The notes beneath the pieces are model-generated. The model was given only the letters and a program-made list of their open reading frames with translations, did not search any database and was not told the origin of the DNA. Both the position numbers and the translations under genes were made by a program. Positions 1 to 10,909 of a DNA stretch of 64,000 nucleotides are shown piece by piece. This DNA comes from an uncultured bacterium (GTDB lineage Bacteria > Chloroflexota > UBA5177 > JANWHV01), in the NCBI GenBank assembly GCA_963827235.1, contig CAWHAE010000016.1:1024001-1088000 (forward strand), written 5' to 3'. The stretch's first letter is position 1, and the number at the start of each line of letters is the position of its first letter.

Positions 1-1
1 G

Positions 2-397
2 CTCTACGTGGACCTCAAATCGGAGATGGGCGCGGCAGCCCTGCACGGACTGCCAACCGAGGGCGACATCCGTACGCAGATGCGCTCGATGTGGACCCAC
101 TGGCTGCGCTGGGCGACGTCCTGCCCCGAGAAGCGCCGGACGCTCGCGCAGCTCGACGTGTCGGACGAGATTACCGCGGAGAGCCATCAGACGGCGAGTG
201 ACGCGCTCGTTGGCGTCAAGCAGCTGCTGGAACGGAGCCGCGAACACGGACCGATGCACGATGCTCCGCTGGGCTTTGCCGTTGCCCTGATGAGCGCGCT
301 GGCGGATGCGACGGTCGACTTCATGATCGAGGACCCGGCCAATGCAGACAAACATTGCACGGCTGCCTTCGACGCCCTCTGGCGTATCGTCGACTGA
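2..397 (+). CDS. TetR/AcrR family transcriptional regulator, C-terminal part (5' end outside window)
   Basis: Open frame from window edge (LYVDLKSEM...WLRWATSCPEKRRTLAQLDVS...AFDALWR); helical TetR-like C-domain directly upstream of an SDR. Confidence 0.7.
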   Translation, partial: LYVDLKSEMGAAALHGLPTEGDIRTQMRSMWTHWLRWATSCPEKRRTLAQLDVSDEITAESHQTASDALVGVKQLLERSREHGPMHDAPLGFAVALMSALADATVDFMIEDPANADKHCTAAFDALWRIVD

Positions 398-450
398 TTC
401 TCTTGTACCCATTAATGACTGACTAGACGTACAATTAAGGAGTGGTAGCT

Positions 451-1380
451 ATGTCAAATCCTATTGTGGAGAGTCGATCAGATCGCAAGGCGTATATCAT
501 CACCGGCCCGACCTCCGGCATAGGCCGCCGCACAGCATTCGAGTTGGCCAAGCACGGCACAGTCGTTTTGGTCGGCCGTGATCGCCGAAAGCTCGACGAG
601 GTGCAGAAGGCCATCGAGCAAAAGCACCAGCACGCGGTTTCGGTGGTGTGCGACTTATCGGATATGGCGAGCGTGCGGCATGCAGCCACGGAGATCATCG
701 CGCTCCAGCTTTCGATAGCCGGCCTGCTCAACAACGCGGGCACCGGCGCGATGCGCGCGACGAAGAACGAACTGGGCTGGGACACGACGTTCGCCACGAA
801 CCACCTCGGACCCTTCGCGCTGACCGAGGCGCTCATACCTTCTCTCCCCGACGGCACGAACGTCGTCTTTGTCGCCTCCGGCGTGGAGGATCCCGAGCGC
901 AGACCCGCCAGGGTCGCCGGGTTCCGCGGCGGTCGCTATATCTCCGCAGCGGCGAGCGCGCGTGGCGAGTGGAAGCCCGGCGGCTCCAAGGTGCCGGGTG
1001 GGGATGCCTACGCCACGTCGAAACAGGCCATCCTCGCCGCGGCAATGGCGTTCGCCCGTGAGACCCCGCGATTGCGATTTAACGCGGTCGAGCCGGGCTT
1101 CACGCCGAACACCGGCCTCGTGCGCGATGCCCCCGGCTACCTGCGTTTTCTGGCGAACTACATCCTTCCCCTGCTTGCGCCCTTCATAAAGTATTGGAGC
1201 AGCCCGAAGCGAGCCGCGCGCGTGACTACTCAAGTCCTGATCGATGCATCCGGTCAGACCGGCATCTACTACGACGACGGCGGCCGTCCGATGCTCGGTT
1301 CCGCGCTCGTGCGCGACCCGCAGTTCCAGGATCGCGTCGTCGCCGAGACGCGTGCCTTGCTGTCAACGACTCCAACATAA
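451..1380 (+). CDS. SDR family NAD(P)-dependent oxidoreductase
   Basis: AAGGAG RBS; IITGPTSGIG, NNAG, ATNHLG and YATSK motifs. Confidence 0.9.
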   Translation: MSNPIVESRSDRKAYIITGPTSGIGRRTAFELAKHGTVVLVGRDRRKLDEVQKAIEQKHQHAVSVVCDLSDMASVRHAATEIIALQLSIAGLLNNAGTGAMRATKNELGWDTTFATNHLGPFALTEALIPSLPDGTNVVFVASGVEDPERRPARVAGFRGGRYISAAASARGEWKPGGSKVPGGDAYATSKQAILAAAMAFARETPRLRFNAVEPGFTPNTGLVRDAPGYLRFLANYILPLLAPFIKYWSSPKRAARVTTQVLIDASGQTGIYYDDGGRPMLGSALVRDPQFQDRVVAETRALLSTTPT

Positions 1381-1475
1381 AGCGAGCTGTAGCGCCGGCT
1401 CTTCGAGTGATCGCTCGGGGAGCCGGCGCAGTCCATCTCACCTACATGACGCAATCAGCCCAAGGAAGGTCCAAC

Positions 1476-2262
1476 ATGAATCAACCAGCTAGCTCGCCGC
1501 ACCAAGGCCGTGACGGCTGCACGCGGTAGGCACTCGTCACCGGCGCATCCACCGGCATCGGCCGGGCCTTTGGCCTACGGCTCGGCGCCGAGGGCTACGA
1601 CCTCGTTGTCGTCGGCCGTCGCCGCGATCGGCTCCAAGATCTCATCGCCACACTCCCAGACGTCAAAGTTCTTCCCCTGGTCGCCGACCTTGGCACCAAT
1701 ACCGGTGTGGAGGCGGTGGCCGACGTGTGTGCTCGCGAGGAGCTCACCATGCTCGTCGACAACGCCGGCGTCGCGCACTACATGCCGTTCACTGAGCTGC
1801 CGGCCGACAAGGCGATGGAACTTCACTACGTGAAGGTCATCGCTCCGACGATGCTGGCCCGAGCCACGGCCCCCGGCATGGTGGCGAGACGTGAAGGGAC
1901 CATCATCAACGTGTCGGGTATGCTCGCGTTCAGCGGACCGGCGCCCATGGAAAGGCTGCCGCTTCGCCGGGCCGTGTACACGGGATCGCTGGCCCACATC
2001 GTCGCGCTCTCGCAAGCGCTGCGCGAAGAGCTGAGGTCCCAGAGCCCGCGGATACAGGCGCTCTGCCCGCGGGTGGTCGCGACAAAGCTCCACGAACGTC
2101 AAGGGCTCGACCTCAGCGCTGTGCCTTGCATGTCGGCGGACGACGTCGTGACCGCGGGCCTGCGAGGGCTCGCAGTCGGCGAGGTCCTCTGCGCTCCCGG
2201 CGTCGAGCGGTCCGATCTGCTCGACGCGCGTGTTGGGCAGCGCCGACCTGCACGCAAGCCTC
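1476..2262 (+). pseudogene. SDR oxidoreductase, disrupted
   Basis: RBS and ATG 1476; in-frame TAG 1527-1529 just before ALVTGASTGIG; VDNAG and IINVSG motifs; frame lost near 2230. Confidence 0.75.
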
Positions 2263-2778
2263 TCAGCAGTCGAACACCGACCAGCAGATGGCGTTGCGCA
2301 ACCGCTGATCATCCAGGACCAGCTCGCGGATCGCCTCAGGGAGCTGGTCGCGCTGCCATCGGCACTCCAGCCGACCTGCCCTCTCACCCTCACCCGCAGG
2401 GGCGGCTGCCCGCACCGCCTTGATCGCGTAGGCCGCCGCTCCGAGCTCGTGCGCGGCGACGTGCGCCACCGCCGCGGCTTGACCGGCAGCATACGCGGCA
2501 TGGCGCGCCGCGCCGCGCAGATCCCTCGCGGCCCCCATCGCATGGCCGGCCGCCGTGCGAGCCTGAGTCATCGTGATCTCGCCGCGCACCCAGGCCCGAG
2601 CCTGCGCGATCGCCTGGCGAGGCCGCGGGTCTGCAGAGTGCGCCGACTCGAACAGATGCAGGACGTGGTCCGCACACGCTGCGGCCCACAGGGCGAGCAG
2701 CTGATGGTCGGCGTCTGTGAGCGTCCCACCGCGGCGGATGGTGATGAAGCGAGGGTCGCGGTCTTCCGGGAGGATCAC
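2263..2778 (-). CDS. Imm5-like putative immunity protein
   Basis: LALWAAACADHVL...DPRPRQAIAQARAW...AAYAAGQAAAVAHVAAHELGAAAYA...ECRWQRDQLP pattern. Confidence 0.65.
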   Translation of the reverse strand: MILPEDRDPRFITIRRGGTLTDADHQLLALWAAACADHVLHLFESAHSADPRPRQAIAQARAWVRGEITMTQARTAAGHAMGAARDLRGAARHAAYAAGQAAAVAHVAAHELGAAAYAIKAVRAAAPAGEGERAGRLECRWQRDQLPEAIRELVLDDQRLRNAICWSVFDC

Positions 2779-2905
2779 GGCTGTACCCTTCTGCATGCAT
2801 CTGCCCGACGGCCAGAGGGTGCAGCCGCCGGCCAGGAGCACAGGTTCGATCGGTCGGTACGGCCGTCAGCATGTGCCGATGTGCCCAGCACCAAGACGGG
2901 CTTAG

Positions 2906-3340
2906 TCAGTCATACGAATACCCGGCGAAAAAGAGCTCCTTGGGTTTCCCGTCCTCGTACACGGCGCAGCACATGCCCTGCCCTCTTTCGATATCCTCCC
3001 AGAACTCGGCCTGCTCGATGTCCAGGTGGGTGGGCTGCGTGGTGCCGAAGTAGTGCTGCAATTCCATTGGCGACAATCGCTTTGCCACGCCGTAATCCGC
3101 TGCATCGCCGACACGGTCCATATCGAGGATCGACCTGGTTCCGTCGGCATCGGCCAGCTCACGTGCCTCCTCGATCGTCGAGGGACGCTCCTCGACGGTC
3201 AGCGCGCGTCCGTACGTACCCTCGTACTCACTGACCGGATTGTAGCGGCCCGCCGTGAATTCCCGTTCGCGCAAGTGTTCCAGCGCACTCTGGAAATCGG
3301 GCACATAGGGTACAAAGTAGCTCCACGGCTCTGCTCCCAT
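2906..3340 (-). CDS. Hypothetical protein (acidic, 144 aa)
   Basis: AAGGAG RBS; protein-like composition (MGAEPWSYFVPY...GTRSILD...ELFFAGYSYD). Confidence 0.7.
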   Translation of the reverse strand: MGAEPWSYFVPYVPDFQSALEHLREREFTAGRYNPVSEYEGTYGRALTVEERPSTIEEARELADADGTRSILDMDRVGDAADYGVAKRLSPMELQHYFGTTQPTHLDIEQAEFWEDIERGQGMCCAVYEDGKPKELFFAGYSYD

Positions 3341-3550
3341 GTCTGTCTCCTTCGGAGATGCGCACTCTCCACTGCGATGTACATCGACTCTGCCACCTAT
3401 TCTGGCACAGAGCTGCCCGCTTCAATCCATCGGCGTTGAGTAGTGTGTGCGGTTGGCGAGGTTTGCTGTGGCGTGATGGCAACCGAGTAGACGGCAACTG
3501 CGAACGGCGGTAGCACTGAAGTACTGTCCTTCTCGTGCCGAGACGCCACT

Positions 3551-4560
3551 ATGCAGATTGAAGACGCAACTGAGCGCGCGGCCACGACCGCGCCGCTGTC
3601 ATCTCCTGCCTCGCCGCGTGCCGCGGCGCGGGCGGCTGGCCGTGCTCTGCGACGCCAGCTCGCCGAGGCCGAGGACGACGGCTACTTCGGCCTGGGCAGC
3701 GCCATGTGGCGGCTGAGCCGCGAAGGCGTGGTCGGCCTGGGATTGGGCGGGCCTTGCCGCTCCAGCTGGCGCACCCGTGGGTCGCCCAGGCTATCGCCGA
3801 TCACAGCGCCTATCGTGCCCGGCCACTCGACCGACTCGTCGGTACCGTGACGGCCGCGGAGCTGCTCGTCTTCGGCAGTCGCCGCCAGGCCGACGAGATG
3901 GCCGCCACGCTCAATCGCATGCACGCGCGCATTCGCGGCACCCTGCGCGAGGACATCGGCATCTGGAGCGCCGGCACGCCCTACCGCGCCGACGACCCCG
4001 ACGCCCTGCTCTGGGTGCTCGTCACCTTGCTGGACACCTCGATCTGCCTGTACGAGGCGTGCCTGCACCGGCTCGACGACGGCACCGTGCGGGCCTTTCT
4101 GGCGGATGGCGCCCGCCTCGGCGCCATGCTGGGCGTGCCCGCGCACATGGTCCCCGGAGACCGTCGCGTGCTGGCCGGCTACATCGGGGAGATGATCGAA
4201 AGCAGGACCGTTCAGGTGAGTGCCACGGCCCGGACCGTCGCCGCGGACTTGGCGGCAGTCCCGGCGATGCCGGGGCTCGCCGGCCGGACCTACACGACCC
4301 TGACGAGCAGGGTAGCCGCCGTCACCCTGCCGGCGGCGCTTCGGGCGCAGTACGGCGCGCTCCTGCCGGCAGGGGGACCGGTGCAGCGCCTGGGCGCCGT
4401 CGCCAGCGCCAGCGGTGTTCTCGCGCCTGCCGGACCGGATGCGGCTGGACCCCCTGGCGGCGATTGCTATCCAGCGAGCTGGCCGCAGGTATCTCGCACA
4501 GCGACTGCCGGATACCCTGAGAACGTGGTGGCCGACGATTCCTGTGCGCGGGCACCCATG
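3551..4560 (+). pseudogene. Oxygenase MpaB/DUF2236 family protein, frameshifted
   Basis: GYFGLGSAMWRL in one frame, then GRALPLQLAHPWVAQAIADHS...MHARIRG...YRADDPDALLWV after a shift near 3750. Confidence 0.75.
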
Positions 4561-5399
4561 GGTGCCGCCGATGAGCTGAGGCGCGGCGCCGGACGAGCGC
4601 ATCTGCTGCTCACCTCTTTCAACGTCAACGGCCTGCGCGCCGCCATGAAGCGCGGACTCGCGGCCTGGATCGCAGAGACCACGCCGCACGTGCTCTGCCT
4701 GCAGGAGATCCGCATCGCGGCACCCCAGTTGACCGCGGCGTTTACCGCACCGCCCGGCTACCACTGCTACTGGAACCATGGCCAACGGCCGGGCTACAGC
4801 GGGACAGCGCTGCTTTCGCGTATCAAGCCCCTGTCCGTCCAGTTCGGCCTCTCTCCGCACGATGCCGATCCCGAGGGTCGAGTCATCATCGCGGAGTACG
4901 CGGACTTCACGCTCGTCAATTGCTACGTCCCCAGCGGCGCGGCGAGCCCTGCCCGCTTCGCCTGCAAGCTGGCCTTCTACGAGGCCGTCCTCACCGCCTG
5001 CACGGCGCTCCTCGACTCCGGCAGACACGTCATCGTCTGCGGCGCCGTGAACGCCGCGCACCAGCGGATCGACCTGGCCAACCCGCTGGCTACTGCGCGC
5101 AGCTCGGGTTCACGCCCCGCGAACGTGGCTGGATTGACCGGCTCCTCGGCTCAGGCTTCGTCGATACGTTCCGGCACCTGCATCCCGACCTTGGGCACCA
5201 ATATACCTGGTGGCCGGCCGGATGCAAGGAGCAGACGGCCGGATGGCGGCTGGACTACGTCTTCGCTTGGACCGGCTTGATCGGTCGGCTCGGAGGTGCC
5301 TTCATACTGCGCGAGGTGGCATGCAGCGATCACCGTCCGGTTGGCCTCTCGCTGGTGCTCGACGATGTAGCCTCTCCGAGCGCCACGCAGCAAACGTAG
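4558..5399 (+). pseudogene. xth: Exodeoxyribonuclease III (Xth/AP endonuclease), frameshifted
   Basis: SFNVNGLRA, LCLQE, GYSGTA, EGRVI, NCYVP; shift near 5110 to GFTPRER...DTFR...YTWW...GWRLDY...SDH. Confidence 0.85.
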
Positions 5400-5540
5400 C
5401 CCAAGGATGGGGTACACACATGAAGCATACGTCTGGCGAATGGGTTTCCTATCAGATCGTCTGTCGGCACACTTCGCCGGGAGTTCCCGTTCTCCCAGAG
5501 TCGGCAGCTGCTGCCGAATATGCGCCCGGCCTGCCACTGG

Positions 5541-6440
5541 TCAGGCGTTTTCCAGGTGATCTCGCATAGCGTGGACCTGCTGTGCGTAGGCAGTGACCCG
5601 AGCATCGAGATCGTGCGGATAGAGATATCCCAAATCGTCCGCCACCGACGTCGCCGCCTGTCGAAAGAGCGCTATCATTGCGAAGAGTGCATCCCAACTC
5701 TCCTCAAGGCTGGCTCCAGCATACGTGTGGGCCAGGCTGCTCCACATCTCAGATGTCAAGTGCCTCTTCAGCCCCTTTCCCAGCCATCCCATTGGCAGCG
5801 ACCAGTCATGGTCGCACTCTATCAGCCATTCCAGCATTCGGACGAGATACTTCTGCTTCATGTCGCAGTCCAGGCACTACTTGCCCGGCAGTAACTCGTC
5901 GCGCCACAGGCACTTCGCCACATAGGGAACGTCGCTGAAGAACTCCTCGATCCATTGCTGAAAGCCGTGCTCGGTTGGACGCGTCGGGATGTACGCGCGG
6001 TAGCTTGGCGGCTGCATACCCCGGCAGAGGAGGTCCTTATCCAGCGGTACGGTGTACCCGTCATCGAGCTCGGCGGGAAGCAGCGTGGTCTGCACGACCG
6101 CTCGAAGCAACTGCACTGGCCAGAGACGGAAGTCGAAATGCAACCCGTCGGCATACTGGATCACATTGCCTGTCTGCTCGATGCCGTGCTGCGGGTCGGC
6201 TTCAATCGGGTCCCAGTATGTCACCAGCACGCGCCCGAAGTCGGAGAGCCACGACCGCTCCGTGTAGAGCGCACGGATGTCCATCACCGCCAGCAGTACA
6301 TCGTAATCGGAGAACATGTCGACCCGCGCGGTTGGTTTGGCACGGCTGCTCATAAGCAGGACCGCACGCACGTCATTGCGCCCTATCGCCCACTCGACCA
6401 AGCGGCGAAGAACGTCAGCCGGCTCATCCATGATGTGCAT
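5541..6440 (-). pseudogene. Aminoglycoside 6-adenylyltransferase (AadK/ANT(6))-like, internal stop
   Basis: VRAVLLMSSRA...DMFSDYDV, EEFF..VPYVAKCLWRDE, GKGLKRHL, WDALFAMIALFR; in-frame TAG at 5877-5879. Confidence 0.8.
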
Positions 6441-7272
6441 CTCTTTCCGCAGTTGTCCGGAAGCGTTGCAGTATTGCGCGTGTCTGGGCATCTGGTAGGT
6501 GGGCTGTGACCCTGATGTCGGGGTTGCTGAACAACTGCAAGGTGACATGCTGGAACTCCAGGTGTCCCAGCACCGGGTGCTCGACGATTTTCGCGGCGTC
6601 CAGGAAGTTGCTCGCCTCGTGATGGGGCCACCAGCGACCAAAGTCAGGGCTGGCGTGTTTGAGATCCGCAATCAGTTCCTCAAACCAGGCATCACCGGGA
6701 TAGCGAGTGCTGGCGGCACGCAATTCCCCCAAGAGGCCTCGCGCCATCTGCTCCCAGTGCGCGAACTGCTCCCGTGCCGTCGGATTGGTAAAGAAGTGCC
6801 AGATCACATTGCGTGCATATGGCGGTGATGCGTCCGCTATGGCGAAGACGGCATCGGCAGCCTTGTTCCACGCCAGGTAGTCCCACCGCCGTCCGATGAC
6901 ACACGCCGGGGTCGGGTTGAGGTCATCGAGCAGCTGTTGCAGTGCCGGACTGACGGACTCCTCCGCTGGGAGGGCGGGCGCCGGCAGCGGTTGCCCCGCG
7001 AGCAGAAAGAGGTGCCGCCGTTCATTCACCGTGAGCCGGAGCGCTCGCGCAAGGCTTTCCAGCACCTGCGTCGAGGGATGCACATCACGTCCCTGCTCCA
7101 GCCAGACATACCAGGAGGCGCCAATACTGGCCAGTTGCGCGACTTCCTCGCGGCGCAGCCCCGGCGTGCGCCGACGGATACCAGGTGGCAATCCCACATC
7201 GCTCGGAGCAAGGCGTGCGCGCCGCTGGCGTAGAAAAGCGGCGAGAGCCTGGTGACGTTCGCTCTTCTGCAT
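6424..7272 (-). CDS. XRE-family HTH regulator with MmyB-like ligand-binding domain
   Basis: LAAFLRQRRARL...RRRTPGLRREEVAQLA...WYVWLEQGR, PACVIGRRWDYLAWN, HPVLGHLEF. Confidence 0.92.
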   Translation of the reverse strand: MQKSERHQALAAFLRQRRARLAPSDVGLPPGIRRRTPGLRREEVAQLASIGASWYVWLEQGRDVHPSTQVLESLARALRLTVNERRHLFLLAGQPLPAPALPAEESVSPALQQLLDDLNPTPACVIGRRWDYLAWNKAADAVFAIADASPPYARNVIWHFFTNPTAREQFAHWEQMARGLLGELRAASTRYPGDAWFEELIADLKHASPDFGRWWPHHEASNFLDAAKIVEHPVLGHLEFQHVTLQLFSNPDIRVTAHLPDAQTRAILQRFRTTAERDAHHG

Positions 7273-7415
7273 CGCAGCTCCCTTCTTAACCTGGTGGTAG
7301 CAGACCTATGACCAAGAAACACTGGTCCTGGTATCCGAGATAAAGCATACTCACGAGGAGCATCAACGTCACGATTGCATCCATACGGTCACACGAGAGC
7401 GAAGGAGCGTTCGCC

Positions 7416-8135
7416 ATGTCCCCGTCCATCGCCGTGTTCGGAGTCGGCCCCGGCCTCGGCCAGGCCATAGCCCGCCGCTACGCACGAGAGGGCTACACCG
7501 TTGTCCTCGTGGCTCGCCGCCAGGAGCCGCTTGATCTGCTGGCTCAGGACCTCACCAGCGCCGGGGCGACCGCGCACGTCATCACCGCCGACCTATCGGA
7601 CACCGATGCCGTGCCCCACTGGCCGAGACAGATTCGCGACGCGGTCGGCGACCCGAGCGCGTTCTACTACGGCGTCCCTGCCGGCGGGTTCATGCCGGTC
7701 GCCGCCTTGACCCCCGAACGTGCCCGGACCTTGATGCCACTCGCTGTCTACTCGCTGCTGGCCCTGGTGCAGGAGTTCCTGCCGGCCATGCTCGACCGAG
7801 GGGACGGCGCTATCCTGAGCGCGCAAGGTGGCAGCGCCGTGCACGGCAGGCCGCACATCGCCGGGGGGTTCGCTCTGGCCGCGCAGCGCAACTACCTGGA
7901 GGCGCTGCACGCCGCGGTGGCCGACCAGGGCGTCTACGTCGGCGGCCTCTACATCGGCGCAGCGATCCAGCACAGCACCTTCCACGCCCAGCGGGAGGCG
8001 GCCAGGGCGGCCGGCACCCCCGTGCCGGATACGCCCGAGGTTGACCCGGACCATCTCGCCGGCCTGCTCTGGACCATGCACCAGGCGAAGAGCCCGCCGG
8101 AAGCTACCTACCCCGAGGGTAGCTTCGACCGCTGA
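7416..8135 (+). CDS. SDR family oxidoreductase
   Basis: AAGGAG RBS; IAVFGVGPGLGQAIARRY; divergent from the MmyB-like regulator. Confidence 0.88.
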   Translation: MSPSIAVFGVGPGLGQAIARRYAREGYTVVLVARRQEPLDLLAQDLTSAGATAHVITADLSDTDAVPHWPRQIRDAVGDPSAFYYGVPAGGFMPVAALTPERARTLMPLAVYSLLALVQEFLPAMLDRGDGAILSAQGGSAVHGRPHIAGGFALAAQRNYLEALHAAVADQGVYVGGLYIGAAIQHSTFHAQREAARAAGTPVPDTPEVDPDHLAGLLWTMHQAKSPPEATYPEGSFDR

Positions 8136-8241
8136 GAATGCGTCGCGCCCGTCGCGACGAAACGAACCGCCGGCGGTGATATATTCGTGGGTGCGCGAGC
8201 ACCGCACTTGCGACAGCCAATTGCCGGGAGAGGTTGTGCTC

Positions 8242-8784
8242 ATGGAGCCAGCACGCGTGCGCTTCACGGCGCGACTTCGTCTGGAGCCGGTCGGTCCACA
8301 GCATGCCGAGAGCTTGCTCCGGCTCTATCGGGACCCGCCGGTTGCCGTGTGGTTTGGCGACTGGACCCTGGAGATGGCCACGCGCGAAGTGGAACGCATG
8401 GCAGGGCACTGGGCGACCGACGGCGCCCACAAGTGGATGGCATACGACCGCCTGACCGGCGACCTGATCGGCCGTGGCGGCCTCTCGCGAGTGCAGCTGG
8501 ACGGCCGGGAACGCCTGGAGATCGGCTGGGTGCTGCATGGCCGGCACTGGGGCCACGGCTACGCGACGGAGATCGGGCAGGCCGGCATCACGTTTGCCTT
8601 CGACGAGCTGGGCGAGAATGAGATCGTCTCCTGCACCGAGACCCGCAATGCGCGATCGCGGGCTGTGATGCTGCGATTGGGCTTCCAGTTCAGCCACGAG
8701 TTTCCGCACGGCGACCCTGGCGAGCCCTTTGTGCTCTATGTGCTCCGTCGCCCGGAAGCAAGGGACGGGCATGATCATGAGTGA
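8242..8784 (+). CDS. GNAT N-acetyltransferase (RimJ/RimL type)
   Basis: TARLRLEP, IGRGGL, LEIGW...HWGHGYATE, NARSRAVMLRLGF. Confidence 0.88.
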   Translation: MEPARVRFTARLRLEPVGPQHAESLLRLYRDPPVAVWFGDWTLEMATREVERMAGHWATDGAHKWMAYDRLTGDLIGRGGLSRVQLDGRERLEIGWVLHGRHWGHGYATEIGQAGITFAFDELGENEIVSCTETRNARSRAVMLRLGFQFSHEFPHGDPGEPFVLYVLRRPEARDGHDHE

Positions 8785-9928
8785 GACGTCAGGAGACGAG
8801 CAGCGTCTGGTGGAGGCCGGCTATGACCGCATGGCCGACGCCTACCTGGCCGCCAAGGGCGCCAATGACCCCGTAGTGGGCGCCATGCTCGACGCGCTTA
8901 CGCCCTACCTGACACCGGCATCCAGTGTGCTCGACCTGGGCTGCGGCGCCGGCATCCCCGCCATGCAGTGGCTGGCGCGGCACTGCGCAGTCACCGGCGT
9001 CGATCTCTCGACCCGCCAGTTGGAGCTGGCACGCGTGAACGTGCCGTCTGCCCAGTTGATCAAGGCGTCCATGACCGAGATCGCCTTTCCGCCCGCGTCT
9101 TTCGACATCATCACCGCGTTCTACTCCATCATCCACGTGCCGCGTTCGGCGCAGCCGGCGCTCGTCCGGCGCATCTGGGAGTGGTTACGGCCCGGCGGTC
9201 TCTTCCTGGCGACCTGGTCACTCGAAGCCTGGGAAGGTACGGAGCCGGATTGGGAAGGGTGGAGCGCGCCGATGTGGTGGAGTCACTTCGACGCGCCGAC
9301 GAATCTTACGATGCTGCACGCCGCCGGGTTCGCGATCCCGCGCAGCGAACAGTGCACGAATGGCGCCGAGTCGTGGCTGTGGGTGCTTGCGCGCAAGCCG
9401 GCACAGGGCGAGGAGTCCGGCGCCGGGCACTCGTTGGTTGCCGCGCCTACTATCGAGCTCGCGCAGGAAGTGGACATGCCGTTCGTCTGCGACCTCGACG
9501 CCCGCGTCCTCGGCCGCGCTGATCGGGCCCGGCTCCTGGAAGAGACCGTCCGCGCCAAGCACTGCTGGGTCGCCCGCATGCCACGCAGCCTTGCCGGTTT
9601 TGCCGTCGCCGCTCCGTCCTTCTTCTCCGAGTGGTTCATCGAGCTCCTAGTCGTGGATACCGATTGGCGCCGCCAGGGGATCGGGAGTGCGCTTCTCCGG
9701 CACTGTGCAGCAACCTGTTCCGGCAAGAAGATCTTCACGTCGACAAACGCGTCGAACATACCCATGCAACGTCTGCTGGCGAGAGAGGGCTTTGAGCGAA
9801 GCGGTATCGTGGAGAATCTGAACGAGGGCGACCCAGAGCTCATCTACGTCAAGTGGCTCCTGCCCGGCCAGCGGGAGATGGACGGTCACAATGCCGACCA
9901 AGATCACGGCTCGGGCAGGACACGATGA
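8777..9928 (+). CDS. Class I SAM methyltransferase fused to C-terminal GNAT domain
   Basis: VLDLGCGAG, GVDLS, SFDII, LRPGG, then LLVVDTDWRRQGIGSALL...FTSTNASNIPMQRLL. Confidence 0.82.
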   Translation: MSETSGDEQRLVEAGYDRMADAYLAAKGANDPVVGAMLDALTPYLTPASSVLDLGCGAGIPAMQWLARHCAVTGVDLSTRQLELARVNVPSAQLIKASMTEIAFPPASFDIITAFYSIIHVPRSAQPALVRRIWEWLRPGGLFLATWSLEAWEGTEPDWEGWSAPMWWSHFDAPTNLTMLHAAGFAIPRSEQCTNGAESWLWVLARKPAQGEESGAGHSLVAAPTIELAQEVDMPFVCDLDARVLGRADRARLLEETVRAKHCWVARMPRSLAGFAVAAPSFFSEWFIELLVVDTDWRRQGIGSALLRHCAATCSGKKIFTSTNASNIPMQRLLAREGFERSGIVENLNEGDPELIYVKWLLPGQREMDGHNADQDHGSGRTR

Positions 9929-10644
9929 GAAGACTCACGAGAACACCCTTGCGGGTATCCGGCGGGTCGCGGCTGCGGGCGCCGAGCGTGTCGAGCTCGA
10001 CGTGCACGAGTCTGCTGATGGGCACTTGTTCCTGCACCACTACGAGCTGGGACACACCGATGACGGCTCCGGTCTTAACTACGAACGCCCAGGTGTGTAT
10101 CTGCGGACCCTGGACGCGGGAAGCTGGTTTGCTCCTGCCTTCAGCGGCGAACGGATGCCGCTGCTCGAGGATGCGTTCGACATCCTTGGGGACAGCGTCG
10201 AGTACGAGCTCGACCTCAAAGGCTTCACGCCCATGTTCGTCCCGGCCGTCCTGCGGCTCGTGAGCGATCGGGGGCTGCTCCGCCAAACCGAGTTCACCGT
10301 CCTTCTTCCAGGTCGTTCTGTCCCGCATCAAGCGCGAAGAGCCAATGGCGATGACTGGAATGTTCGCCGACGCGCTGGTGCAGGCCTGGATGCCGCCCGC
10401 CGCCATGCAGGCGGAGGTGCGGCACTTGGCAGCGCTCTGCAGCGTCGCCGTCGTGCATCACAAGGTGGATCGATTGACGCCGGCCTACGTCGCGGCGTTG
10501 CGCCAAGATAGGTGCTGGGTACACGCATCGAACTGCAACTCGGAGGCGGATCTTGACCACGCCTTGTCGCTGGGCGTGGACCAACTCTCAACTGACCGGC
10601 TCGGCATGGCGCTCCGGGTACGCGCCAGGCGGCACACCGAGTGA
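9891..10644 (+). pseudogene. Glycerophosphodiester phosphodiesterase family, frameshifted
   Basis: ENTLAG...AGAERVELDVH...LDAGSWF...GERMPLLE; continues in another frame after about 10300 to LGVDQLSTD. Confidence 0.8.
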
Positions 10645-10909
10645 CCGCTGCGTGCTTCATCTGCCGACCGTGAACACGCGAGTGGTGGTCGGCTTCTCCT
10701 TCGCGACCAGGGGCGGCAGTTGGCAACTGTACTGCACGCGTCCGACCCCGGATCCCGCCAACCCATGCCGATGCTCAGGGGCGCCAAGCTCTATCAGAAT
10801 CGCTTCGCCAACAACATTGCCGCTCATGTGCTCGGCCCTGACACTATCGGCATAAAGTACTCGAGCTGGCGGCGATCGCGCGCTACCCTTGTCTTGGGAG
10901 TGTGATTCG

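Noticed and set aside
411-438. TTAAT...AATTAA possible TetR operator before the SDR
   Set aside because: Inner palindrome is too imperfect to support a call.
3682-5061. Long antisense ORFs (also 1575-2543, 18137-19219, 24253-25320, 33032-34051 and others)
   Set aside because: Shadow frames opposite recognisable genes, expected in high-GC DNA.
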